Shown: positions 1-12,894 of the stretch, in pieces
How positions within the stretch are numbered: position 1 is the stretch's first letter
How the letters are laid out: every line of letters begins with the position of its first letter
NCBI RefSeq assembly: GCF_006345805.1
Contig: NC_043004.1
Location: forward strand, 35,278,001 to 35,342,000
Direction: 5' to 3'
From: Octopus sinensis
Taxonomy: Eukaryota
Length of the DNA: 64,000 bases
Notes under the pieces: generated by a model
What the model was told of the DNA's origin: nothing
The model's input: only the letters and a program-made list of their open reading frames with translations
Databases searched by the model: none
Made by a program: the position numbers and the translations under genes

Positions 1-176
1 GGAGCCAATCTGTGGCCCTGGCAAAAATCATGCTCGGATGTGCTTTTAACATTCTACTGGTATGAGTACCAATCAGGAAGTACTGCCATCGGCCACATCA
101 GCGATTTTGATTTGATTTGATTTCAATTGCCTCAATAGGTCTTCGCAAGCAAAGTTTATTGTCCAATGAGTGAGGG

Positions 177-690
177 GTGTCCTTATATTTTCAAACAAGG
201 GATGTCTTCTGGGGCTAAATTACAGCAACATTCATCTTAAACCAGGACTGCCATGATATGTTGGCAAACAACCTTTACTCCAAAGTACTGTTGCTGAATA
301 TCTCTCATTATGAGATTTACAAATAGTAATTTTCTAATTTATAGATCAGTGACTAGTTGTCACTTTGAAAACTATATATTTCAAACGGGTATTTGGCAGC
401 GCCACCTGTAGCCAAACAATTATTCCGAGCTGATGAAGAGAAATAACCCAGAAATCGTGATACACAGATGTTGTTTTGAGCTGAGTGGGGGTGCTAGATT
501 CCCTTGTTTGAAAATATAAGGACACAGATCATGACATATAGCCAGCTGGAGATGATGTCTCCTGGGGCTAAATTACAGCAACATTCGTCCTAAACCAGGA
601 CTGCCATGATATATTGGCAAACAATCTTTACTCCACAGTACTGTTGCTGAATATCTCTCATTATGAGATTTACAAATAGTAATTTTCTAA
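177..690. repeat. Direct plus inverted repeat structure around the degenerate hammerhead (probable Penelope-like pLTR or retrozyme remnant)
   Basis: A 137 bp direct repeat at 201-337 and 554-690 (6 mismatches by eye) and a perfect 25 bp inverted repeat at 177-201 and 501-525. Confidence 0.75.
424..468 (+). ncRNA. Degenerate type I hammerhead ribozyme motif
   Basis: CUGAUGA-AGAG(AAAUAA)CCCA-GAAA-UCGUG-AUA-CACAGA. The core is intact, but stems I and II carry mismatches, one consistent with CpG decay. Confidence 0.55.
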
Positions 691-864
691 GAGATCTGTT
701 GATTGGAAATTTGTGTGTGTTGGTGAGTGACTCCTAACTCATCAACCAGATAGCTTTTTTGGCGGGGATTCAGTCAGGGATGCTTTAGTGTGTAGCAATA
801 GTACTGTCCTAATTATGTAGTAACAACCAACTAGAGTCATTTAAATCTATTTATACGATCTCGG

Positions 865-1123
865 TCATGGTGCCATGTAACAAACACTAGTGTAATTGCC
901 ACATACTCATGCTGGTACCAAGTAAAAGAAACCAGTGCCAGTGACACATAAAAAGCACCCGGTAGACTCTGTGAAGTGGTTGCCATTAGGAAGGGCATCC
1001 AGCTGTAGAAACCATGCCAAATCATACAATGGAGCATGGTGCAATCCCCAGCCTTCCCAGCTTCAATCAAACTGTCCAACCCATGCCAACATGGAAGATG
1101 GACGTTAGATGATGATAATGATG
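865..1123 (+). mobile_element. (GAT)n-tailed SINE / LINE 3' end (family A)
   Basis: aaaagcacc..ttaggaagggcatccagctgtagaaac..aacccatgccaacatggaa..gacgtta..gatgatg. Other copies occur at 7113-7500(-), 14896-15025(-), 19080-19538(+), 40038-40437(-), 54018-54215(+), 58900-59207(+) and 63715-63995(-). Confidence 0.8.
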
Positions 1124-2238
1124 TTCAACTGCACCTCTTCATCTCTAGTCAAGTTATAATTTGAAATCAAGAGTTAATACAGAACAATTCACACGCAATA
1201 TAATAATTTTTGTCTCGTAATAAGACTTCTTGATCTCCACGAGATGAACAAGAGAACCACAGAAAGTTATAAGCTGCAAGAAAACAGAGCTTTGATCAAA
1301 GCAGATTTGAATTTTAATTAAATCTACTTTCATTTTATTGCTCTCTTCAGTTCGAAATACATTTAATAGATTTGTTCAATCAGGAGTTGAACTCCAAGCT
1401 TCATGATCAATAGTTACTTCAAATACTTAATGGCTGTTGTTTAGCTCCATGTGAGCAGATCTAGGATTAGCCAGTGATCTACATTGTCAAGTGTATCCTC
1501 CCAGTTTAAGATGCTTGAGTACAATTTGAATTCAGATGTGGCAACATTTTGTAGCAGGTCAGAGGAAAGGATTCCCCTTGGCTAAAATACCTACCCATTT
1601 CAGTTCTTTACTTGATTTTTGAGGTAGGATTTGAATCTAAGAATCATGGGTTCTGAAAATTGCTGATTTTTTTCTCTTTACCATGACAGGGTTCAAGAAA
1701 AATGAGAAGTTCCAATAAGACTAGAAACCAAACCTGGATGTTTGAAAGAGAAATCATACCTATAATTTAACTCAAGATTTTAAACAGGGTCTGTTCTTCT
1801 AAAGAGACTTAGGGTGTTAAACCATAAAATCCTTTCTACTCTAGACACAAGGCCCAAAATTTTTAGGGAGGGGACCAGTTGATTAGATTGACTCCAATAT
1901 GCAACTGGTACTTAATTTATTGACCCCAAAAGGATGAAAGGCAAAGTCGACCTTGGCGGAATTTGAACTCAGAATGTAAAGACAGATGAATACCACTAAG
2001 TATTTTTTGCCTGGCATGCTAACGCTTCTGCCAGCTCGCTACCTTAAACCATAAAATGAATGAAGTCTCCTCCCTAAAACGATAAATGCTCTTTTACATG
2101 GTTTCTATCAACCAAATTTTATTCATAAGGCTTTTATCAAACCCAGGTTTATGATAGCAGGTACCGACTCAAGCTGCCGTGAAGTGGAATTGAACTTAAA
2201 GTCATGTAGTTGAAAAGTAAACCTCTTAACTGTGCATC

Positions 2239-2292
<54 letters not shown>

Positions 2293-3108
2293 GAGAAAAT
2301 ACGTGTATCTGATAGTATGTATCCAGTTTCATTGGTTAATAAAGTTGTATTAAACTGTTTATTGAAAGGATCAGCCAATAAATGTATCCACCATAAAGTA
2401 GTTTAGGGCCAACTCAAGGACTGATGATTAATCATTAGTCAAGGTGATTAATTTAAAAAGACTAAAGACTCACACATTTACTTAGTACAGTAAATGTCTT
2501 TCTTGTTTTCTTTTTCTTTTATTGTCAAAGCTGTAATTTTCTATCCACAATTGTTTGATATGAAATACATTTGACAGATCATTGATATAGAAAACAAAAA
2601 CGATATATTTATTTGTCCTCAAATCAGACGTTTGAAGACACAGAAACATAAATAAAGAAATCAAAACTTTCTTTGTAACCATTAGGTAGTCATCACTTAA
2701 TTCTTGTTCAGTCGACTCCAAGTTTGATACAATTATAATAAATTGCAACCAACTCATAATGAAGTTACAAAATATACTTTATCATTATTATTATTATTCC
2801 AAGTTGAGTCCATTGTATGACAAGAGAAGGAAAAAGGTATTATATGGAACGTAGCTACAATTAAAGCTGTCACCCATAATGCATTCCTAACACATCAACG
2901 TATTTATAAGTGACAGTTTTATTATGGGTGTTTTAAAAGAAGAAAAAAATATTCAATTTGTAAGACACACGTCTGATATTGTTCCCGTTTCTTTAGAATT
3001 GGTAAGTTATCATAATAAGAACAGATGGCAAGATAAGAGAGTATTTAATCGGGTTCATTGAGCTACAGTTTATTTCTTGAGACTATACAAATGATCATTA
3101 TTATTATT

Positions 3109-3155
<47 letters not shown>

Positions 3156-4117
3156 CATTATTATTATTATTATTGCAGACTTTATTCAGCATCTTTCTCG
3201 TTCTATAGTATTTATTGTGTTTTCCTCTCAAAGCAGACCAAGCTTAGGTAGTTTAGAATATTAGAAACACATATTTACAGGATATTTACTTTATATGAAC
3301 AGAACAATGACAGGTATCCCACACATAAAACAATGATAAAATAACACTGTTGCCCATCTAATGGTGCTTCCATTGCTACTAAAGTCAACCCATGGAAACT
3401 TTAACCAGAGACAAAGATAGCTTCAATGGGGGGGAAAAATCTTCATTTCAATATTTACTTTTGCAAAGAAATAACTTGGAAAAATAATGCCATCATTAGT
3501 TTTTGTTTGTTTGGGTTTTTTTTCCCCTTAATGCAAGGTAAATATTTATTCAGGATTTAGAGATAATTGAATCGATTCCCAGTCTATTACTCCTACTTAA
3601 TTTAACAACCATCTACTGACGAAATTGTAGCTGGGATTCCAAGAATGGTGTTTCATGCTGCTACCTTCTCAGAAATGGCCATGAAACAATAATTTTTTGT
3701 TTTTGTTTCTTTATAACTTGATTTCTTTCCTGCTGATGTTGGTTAGAATATAGAGTTTCATGAGATGGCAGAAAGCAACAACTGCAGGCTGTGTGTGAGT
3801 TCTTGGAAACTTTTTTCTGCAAAAGTCATTGATCAGTAAATTAATTTAAGGCATTGTTTAATCCGTCATGGCCATATCAGTGGTGGATATTTGGTTAATA
3901 GGTTCAGTAGGCTTCTGAGAGACGTACGTGTGTGTGTGTGTGTGTGCATCTCTATGTGTGTGTTTCTGCATGTACATTTGTGTTTGTGTGTATACATGTA
4001 CATACAAACACAGAAGGTGCTGCTCCAGCTAGAGCCCACTCCCAACTGTGAAAGCCAAAAGAAACTATAGAAAGAACTAAAGGATGTGTATATGTTTGTA
4101 CATATACATGCACATCA

Positions 4118-4624
4118 CTAGATGGCAGGAGTTTGCTCCTCTGCTCTCAATGTATCGGACACCAGTTGCGTCATTAAGCAGCTGGTGAAGGTGTCCTCCT
4201 GAGGTTAGAAGGAGGAATTTCAAATAGGATCTAGTTAACTCAAGACATCATCAGGAGGAACCACGTCCAGTTTCGGATCCTACTCCTCTACCGTTTTGAT
4301 GTAGTGCACCCCCCCCTTTTGGAGGTGTCATCAGCTATGGTGTTGAGTGCATGTCTTCTTTCTTCTGTTCCTGGTCTCTTCGATGTAGCGTCAATGAGTG
4401 TCAGCGGGCGACTGACTCTCTTGTCAAATTTCCCTTTAAATAGTAGAAATATCATTCCATATTGAACAGCCATGTTGAAGTGGCAACAAACATTACTTTC
4501 CACTAGAATTACTACTTTTTAAAATCTTGCTTCTTTGCTTGTTGCAAGATCAGTGACTGAATGTTGCTTATCTTTTTATATACTGTGAGCTAGGGTGATC
4601 GACTGCCATTTCTAGCAGACAGGT
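4118..4624. repeat. Copy 1 of a diverged tandem unit; copy 2 at about 5490-5765 carries the hammerhead
   Basis: ctagatggcaggagtttgctcc.. and gtggcaacaaacattactttcc.. recur at 5553 and 5687. Copy 2 lacks about 200 bp of the interior. Confidence 0.7.
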
Positions 4625-5475
4625 AATTCACAAGGCAGGCAAAGCCAGCAGTGGGAATACCACCTCGATACTCTTTAGTGGGCTGGTAGAGTTCAAGAGG
4701 GATGACATCCTAGGAGAAGCTCTGGGACTCAATGAGGAACAGTTAGCCAACCTGTTCCAAGGAACTTTCGAGCCAGGGTATCTGGATAACTCACAGAAAT
4801 CCCTGACCTGGCAGTGCTATAGGAGTGCTTTACCTGTTCGCGATAAACTGTCTAGGCATGGAATGTCTGTGCCATCAGTATGCCCAAGGTGCAGGAAGGA
4901 CGATGCAACTGTTCTGCATGCCCTTGTTCAGTGTCCGGAGCTTTCAGGCTTGATAATTTACACAGAACATGTGCTGCTGCACATCTGGGAAGAGTACAAC
5001 TATCAGCTGAATCCATAATTAAGATTGTGCCACCATCCGGACTGTCAAAGGAAGGTAAGGTATGCTTTTTATGCACAGTTGTAGTACTGAAAGAGTGTAT
5101 ATGGAAAACTAGAATGAAAGGAGTCGTGACAGGAACATTCATCTCTGATCCTGGTTTGCTATAATACTTCAGATATCATCTGAAGAGCAAGATAGGGCTG
5201 GAGAAAAGATGCCTGTCATGATGTGTATATGGAAAAATATGGAAGGATGTGGAAAGAAAGTTGGGGGTTAATGACCCTGCTTAATTTCAACCATAGTAAA
5301 GTAGTACAGTGTAGCCGGTGGACTTCATGGTCAAGGTTTAAAAATTTTTAATTATATTAAAATATATCACCATATTTTTAAAACTCATTTATGAACCCGT
5401 GAACACTTTTCATTTGTGATGTTCTGTACTGTCCTCTTGATGTCCAATAATTATTATCACAATAAATAATTTATC
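4625..5475 (+). mobile_element. 5'-truncated Tx1/L1-clade non-LTR retrotransposon (ORF2 C-terminal zinc knuckle plus 3' UTR) with a 14 bp TSD
   Basis: KSLTWQCYRSALPVRDKLSRHGMSVPSVCPRCRKDDATVLHALVQCP is a CX2CX8HX4C (zf-RVT type) motif. An AATAAA lies near the 3' end, and tctagcagacaggt flanks the element at 4611-4624 and 5476-5489. Confidence 0.8.
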
Positions 5476-5492
5476 TCTAGCAGACAGGTGCC

Positions 5493-5538
5493 CAGTACTG
5501 AGGAAGGGTAAATACCCTGAAACTAGGCTGGTCTACTG
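5493..5538 (+). ncRNA. Type I hammerhead ribozyme (minimal, Penelope/retrozyme-like)
   Basis: CAGUA-CUGAGGA-AGGG(UAAAUA)CCCU-GAAA-CUAGGCUG-GUC-UACUG. The catalytic core is complete, stem I is 5 bp and stem II 4 bp (both perfect), stem III is short and near-palindromic, and GUC cleavage is predicted after 5533. Confidence 0.85.
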
Positions 5539-6149
5539 ATCCTCTCAAGTTGCTAGATGGTAGGTGTTTGCTCCCCTACTTGCAATATATCGGACACCGG
5601 TTGTGTTGTTAACCAGCTAGAGGAAGTGTTGCGCTGGGGTTAAAGAAGAGTAGTAACGTCATTCCATACAGAACAGCCACAGTGAAGTGGCAACAAGCAT
5701 TACTTTCCAGTAGAGTTACCACTTGCATCCCTCATAGAGGTTTTAGAACCAGCTACTTTGCTTCGTACATACACCAATTTCCATATAAACACACACATAG
5801 AAATACCCATAAATGTAACTCAAACACAGACACACACACAAACACATGCGAACACAAAATACACAAAAACTAAATATTATAAACTAAACACTGACTTATT
5901 ATTATAACATATTTTTTGCTCAGTGATTGTTCTGCTACAAATTTAGCCGAAGCTAAATTTTGTTGGCAGAAATACACAGTCAGTTTTGACTTCAATCAAT
6001 TTATACTTATGATATCAAACTGCGAAGACTGACAGGTAAATTGGATCTGTGCTGGATTTCTAACCAGAAAACCTGAGACACTGATCTTTTGTTACAAGCG
6101 TTTACTAATAACAACATTATTACACAGAGAAAAGACAAACAACACTGAC

Positions 6150-6203
6150 ATGGGCACATATACATATACACATACATATATATATACACACATATATATA
6201 TAT

Positions 6204-6250
<47 letters not shown>

Positions 6251-6365
6251 TATATACATATATATATAAATGTATATATATATATGTATACATATATATA
6301 AATGTATATATATATATGTATACATATATATATATACATATATATATAATGTATATATATATATG

Positions 6366-6401
<36 letters not shown>

Positions 6402-7115
6402 TATATACACATATATATATATAAATGTATATATATATATGTATACTATATATATATATTTATATGTATATATAATATGTATACATATATATATATATTT
6501 ATATGTATATATAATATGTATACATATATATATTTATATGCATATATATATATATATATTATATATATATATATATATATGCATTAATGCATGAAGGTGG
6601 TGCACCAGAATGGCCTTAACTGTAAAAGCTAAGGCAAACTAAACGACAAAATAAGATAATAAAGCAAGAAAATCCATCTATGCACACCACATCTCCCTTT
6701 TTTTTTATTATTTCCTGGTTTAACTCACAAGTTTTGGGAATTTGGCCATTCTTTTTCAAGGGATTTCAGGAATTATATTCTCCCCATGACTTTGTCCTTC
6801 ACTTACTGTTTTCATTAACACTCAAAGGTATACATGTTAGACACCCATTTATCAGTAGTTGCTGATACATACATGCATACATATATATATACATACATAC
6901 ATACATATATATATACATACATATATATATATACATACATACATACATATATACATACATATATATATATACATACATACATATATACATACATATATAT
7001 ATATACATACATACATATATACATACATATATATATATACATACATACATATATACATACATATATATATATACATACATATATATATATAATATATATA
7101 TAATATATATATATC
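6150..7115. repeat. Compound (TA)n/(TACA)n microsatellite blocks (6150-6580 and 6870-7115)
   Basis: Directly visible. Similar blocks occur at 10500-10800, 11270-11620, 16300-16790, 29820-30050, 35960-36140 and 62300-62420. Confidence 0.95.
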
Positions 7116-8614
7116 ATCATCATTATCATCATTTAATGTCTGTTGTCCCGTGCTGGCATGGGTTGAGTGGTTTGACCAGTTCCTTTCAAGCGCTGGTAAG
7201 CTGGAAGGCTGCAACAGACAACAGTCTGATTTGACATGGTTTTCTACAGCTGGATGTCCTTCCTAATGCCAACCACTCTGAAAGTGTAATGGGTGCATTT
7301 ACGTGCCACCGGCATGGATACCATTTGCGTGACACCAGTATTTGTTTTGACTGAGATTTTGCTCGGCTTGATGGGTCTTCTTCTCAAGCACGACATAATG
7401 CCAAAGGTTTCAGTCATTGCCTCTGAGAGCCCAACACTTGAAAGGAGCTCAACCACTTTACTTCCATGAGGCGCAGCACTTGAAAGGAACTCAGCCACTT
7501 ACAAACACACTGACACACACACATCAAAACATCATTATCAGCAGCAGCATTGATTGCTGAAGCTCTAGAGATGTTTATACACAGCTGATAAATGTAGGCT
7601 GATGTTGCAAAATATAGAGTCTCAGGTTCTGCTATGAGGTGACGCTATGAGCAGCACTCAGTTTTTTTTTTTTTACTTTCAGTTACAGACAGAACAGGTT
7701 GAAGTTCTTCAAAGATACGGTTAGTCTTCTCCATTAAAGAATAACACTTGCTCTGCCACATCACAAACACATCACAGGAGGGACCAAAGTTCCAACATAA
7801 GGTTTTAGTGATAGGAATTAGTGAGTAAAACTTACCTTACACTGAAACCGTAAATCAAAATGTTCTGATGCCCTAATGTCATAGCCAGAGATGCTAAGGT
7901 GCAGATCAACCTCAGATCTGACCCTCTCAATCCTAGGATCTAGTCTGCAAAAATGCCCAAAAGACTGAGCCAGAAGTACCTTAAAGCAGTACCTGAGCAT
8001 GCACCTACATTGCTTTAAGAAACTGCTCAACAGTTCTTGCACATGAAGGGTGTACAACAGTAAAGTTTGAGTATATTATTCCATAACAGCAAGAGGCCAG
8101 CAGAAGGCCACACCACAACACTTCAGTAATGACTATTGAAGAATATTAACAGTGTGCGGCCACAACACTAACATGTACGGTCTGAACACACCAGGGTGTC
8201 ACTGTTGGTTATCCATGGTAAGCAAAAACAGAGTGCTGTGAGCAGAGCATAGATCCTGACACCCAACAGAACAGACAAGACACAATATAAAATGCCTGTA
8301 GGACCCAAGGGAGTTTCATTATCTGCAGCTGCTAAAAGATCAGAAGTGGCACACAGCAGATTACCATAAAGCTATTTTACAATGGATTTTGGCAGTGTCT
8401 GTTGTGTTATATTTAGATATTTAAACTTCGCTGGAGTTGTATGTGAACATCAAGGAGCAGCACCGGAGTCTCACTAAATGCCAGGTGTAAATGGCATAGA
8501 AACAGATCACCTGGAGCAGGAATCAAAAGTTGAGAACAGATTACAGCATTACCTCACAGCTGCACCTCTTAGTCTTGTGATTATATTTTGTAGTATTTCT
8601 TTGTTTTTAGCTGC

Positions 8615-8645
<31 letters not shown>

Positions 8646-9038
8646 GGAATGGCTGTGTGGTAAGTAGCTTGCTAACCAACCACATGGTTCCGGGTTCAGT
8701 CCCACTGCGTGGCATCTTGGGCAAGTGTCTTCTGCTATAGCCCCGGGCCGACCAATGCCTTGTGAGTGGATTTGGTAGACGGAAACTGAAAGAAGCCTGT
8801 CGTGTATATGTTTATGTATGTATGTGTGTTTGTGTGTCTGTGTTTGTCCCCCTAGCATTGCTTGACAACCGATGCTGGTGTGTTTACGTCCCCGTCACTT
8901 AGCGGTTCGGCAAAAGAGACCGATAGAATAAGTACTGGGCTTACAAAGAATAAGTCCCGGGGTCGATTTGCTCGACTAAAGGCGGTGCTCCAGCATGGCC
9001 ACAGTCAAATGACTGAAACAAGTAAAAGAGTAAAAGAG
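8646..9038 (+). mobile_element. tRNA-headed SINE with a CORE-like ccttgggcaagt segment and an internal TA/TG microsatellite (family C)
   Basis: tggctgtgtggtaag..ggttcagtcccactgcgtggca(t/c)cttgggcaagtgtctt..tail gtaaaagagtaaaagag. Near-identical copies occur at 60310 and 37320. Confidence 0.85.
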
Positions 9039-10567
9039 TATATATATATATATATATATGTAAATGTGTGTGTGTGTGTGTGTGAACATTCATGTGAGTG
9101 TTTGTGCCTGAATGTGCAAGTGTGTGTGTGTCACTTTACAGTTATCAATTATAGACTTGCTGTATGTGAAATTATTACAACACATACAAGGACTAATACA
9201 TCATAATCACCATCATCATCATTATCATTTACGTCTACATTTTCCAGCCTGGCATGAGTTAGACAAGATTTATTGGGGCATGATGCAGAATTCTATGTTT
9301 GAATGCTTTCTTTTACCAAGTTTTACCAATCTCCAATCAAGACACATAAATATAGGAACAGATATAGCAGTGAAGTTGCGAAACTTTATAGTTTCAGGTT
9401 CAATCCCACTACACAACACCAACAAATGCCTTGTAAGTGAACTCGGTAGATGGAAACTGTGTGGAAGCCTGATGCATGTGTGTGTGTCTTCGTGTTTGAC
9501 CCCTGCCATAGCATGTCAACAAGTGTTGGCTCATCTGCATCCCCATAACTTAGCAGTTCAGCAAAAGAGACTAACTGAATAAGCACTGGAGTCGGTCTTT
9601 GTGACTCTACCCTTTGAGGTGGTGACTCAGTATGGCTGCCATCCAACGATTGGAACAAATGCAAAGTAAAAAGAATACAAATGTACATGTGTGTGTGAGT
9701 GTGTATGCATGCATATGTGTGTGTATGTATGTGTGTGTGTGGGGGGGTGAAGGTAAACTTCATATGTGGCAGATGTACTGCCAGCTTGGGGGGTCTTGCA
9801 CATTTTTGCTATGAACACTGCAGCATAAGCAATTTAGCACTATAATGACAAACTTGCTATATATTACATACATACACACATATTTCCACACATACATAAA
9901 TATGTTTATATGTGCGTATATATGTGTTGGGTTTTTTTTTACTCACACACACATTCTCATTTTAAGTACTAAAACACACCCACAAACAAATACATCTGCT
10001 TGTTACACTATTTGAATAGAGACTTGCTTATTTAAAATTTTTTGGTTTGTTAATCATAACAATATTGAATTTGGATGTTCGTTATGGATTATAATATTTT
10101 TTACTTTCAGACATTATTTCCCCACCTTTTTTTTTTTTTCTTTTTTCAAAAATGAGACTTGACAAATCTCCCAACCACTTTCCTCCCATCTAATCCAGAT
10201 TCATAAACTCTATATTTTACATTCTAATCTACATTTTGTCAGAGCAGAAATTGTTAATGATATCCGTGTTAGTCAGTGGAGCAGAACAGACTGGAACCAA
10301 CCAGCTACCACACACAACCATACTATATTATTCTATATAATTCAATAACAAACTATTGACAGACCTACTATAGGACCTATTTTGCTTCTTTATTTTACAT
10401 TATTTTTTTTTCAGCAAACTCTTTTGTACTTGTTTTTCTACTCATTATTGCTGGCAAAATAAATAAATGAATAAATAAAAAAAATAAATGAATGAACACA
10501 CTGACACACACACATATATGTGTAAATATATATATATATATATATATAAAGTGTGTATGTAATTATG

Positions 10568-10606
<39 letters not shown>

Positions 10607-10643
10607 TGTGCATGTCTGTGTATATATGTATATGTATATATAT

Positions 10644-10683
<40 letters not shown>

Positions 10684-10720
10684 TTGTGTGTTGTTATATA
10701 TATTATATATATATAATATA

Positions 10721-10766
<46 letters not shown>

Positions 10767-11480
10767 AATATATATATAATTATATATATATATATATAAC
10801 TTTATGTTTATGTATGTATACATGTTAAAAATATAATCAATAAATGCTGCTAACAATTCGATGATCAACAATCAATTAGTGTTTTGAAAATAGCAGCAAG
10901 CATTCATTGAATAGAAATGATGTGGCTGAAGTGGTCAAGGAATTTGGGAAATGACTATTGATCCAAAACTGAACACTCTCTTATATACTAATAGTTTCAG
11001 GGTAATGAAATATTCACTAATATGTTACAAGTATTTCTATTGAGAGAAAAACACTTAGTTCTTCATTTTCTGCATGTCCCACCACCACCACTGCCACCAC
11101 CTCACTCTACTGACCCAGCCAGAAAAGACAAAATAAATCCACTGTTCTCAATGAACAGTTGTCCATTGATAAAGAAATTAGCATCAGAGTTGCCTGGCAA
11201 GCAGTTTTATGCATACACACACACACACACACACACATACATAGATTCATACATACACATATGTGTCATATATATATTATATATACTTATAATGTATATA
11301 TTTGTGTATATATAAACATATATATTATATAATAATGTATATATATTATATATACATATAATGCATATATTGTGTATATATAATATATATATTATATAAT
11401 AATGTATGTATATTATATATATGTATAATGTATATATTGTATATATGTATATTTATGCATACATACTTATATATACATGC

Positions 11481-11547
<67 letters not shown>

Positions 11548-11555
11548 CTATATGC

Positions 11556-11586
<31 letters not shown>

Positions 11587-11890
11587 AATGTATGTATGTA
11601 TATACGTATATACATGTGCATGTGTGTATGTGTGCATATGAGGTGAAAGAAATAAACTTTACATCTGTTAATATTCCGGTAAATTCGGTCATTTCCATTG
11701 AAAGGCTTAGAGAGAAAAAGCAACAAAAATACAAAACACAAAAACCAACCAAACAAAAACAAAGAAATCGTTGCAAAATTGGCATTGTAGGAGGCTTAGA
11801 AAGATTAGCAGTCGCTGGAAGGTGGGGAAGGCCGGGGGGGTGAGGGTAGATGGTGAAGATTGCTTCGACAAATGAAGCGGTGATGTGTAT

Positions 11891-11934
<44 letters not shown>

Positions 11935-12894
11935 GCTAATGCATGGGCAATTAATAACATAGCATCAATAGGGTATTGATTAAATGGAAAATGGCAGGGC
12001 AAAGAAAACTTTCACCATAGTCATTTCTCAATCTGTGTAACACCAATTATTATTATTATAATTGTTATTGTTATTATTATTATTATTATTATTATCATTA
12101 TTATTATTATTATTATTATTGTTATGATTATTATTATTATCATTGTTATTATCAATAATGCTGATTAGGCAAGTTTCATTATTACAGTAATTTTCTCCTC
12201 ACTGTCTTCTTCATTTAATGACATATGTACGTGTGTGTGTGTGTGTGTGTACATGTGTGTGTGTGTCTGTATGCACACACATGCACTTAGACATACATAC
12301 ATATATAAACACTCATATATATGCATGTATATAAGTATAAAGATACAGATATGTATGTACATATGCGTGTGTGTGTGTATGTGTGTGTATTGTGTGAGTA
12401 TATGCATGTAAGTGCAGTTGTTTATGTGCACAACTATGCTTGTATACCTATGGTTGTATAGAAGAGAGAGAGAGAGAGAGAGCTGGGTGGGTGGGAGAGG
12501 GAGAAATTGTCAAAGGGTTCCTAAATATGTATGAACTAAATGTGTTATAAAAATAGGTGGCTATTGATGTAAAATTATCATCATCATCATCATTACCATC
12601 ATAATCATTATCCTTGCCATCAGCATTATCTTTGTCGTCGTTTTGTTTTCACAGCCATTACGACTAATAAAGCGAAGACTTTGCATGTATTTTCTCAATG
12701 TTGATACAATATAAAATGTTTTTTTCTGTTTGCAAGATCAAGAATAAGGGCAGTAGGGTAGATAGATAAAGGGTAAAAAGGATGAAATAAGGATGCATAG
12801 AATAAGAGGAATAGCATAGATGGAAACCAAAATGAGTAGATGACGAGCGAGAGAGAAGACGTGAATCTAAGCTGATACAGGCTGGATACTGCAA

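Noticed and set aside
4295-4335. Minus-strand CUGAUGA followed by a strong hairpin (cacctcc-aaaa-gggggggtg)
   Set aside because: There is no GAAA after the stem and no stem I pairing, so it is not a hammerhead.
6007-7214. Many long ORFs of YI/YM/HT/CV repeats here and at 10438-11843, 16166-16923, 29595-30320, 31635-32513 and 35818-36508
   Set aside because: They are stop-free frames of TA/CA microsatellites with no protein-like content.
7818-8560. GC-balanced, coding-looking stretch with a minus-strand GTAAGT donor at about 7835
   Set aside because: All long frames are interrupted and no recognisable domain is present. It is probably an old retroelement fragment.
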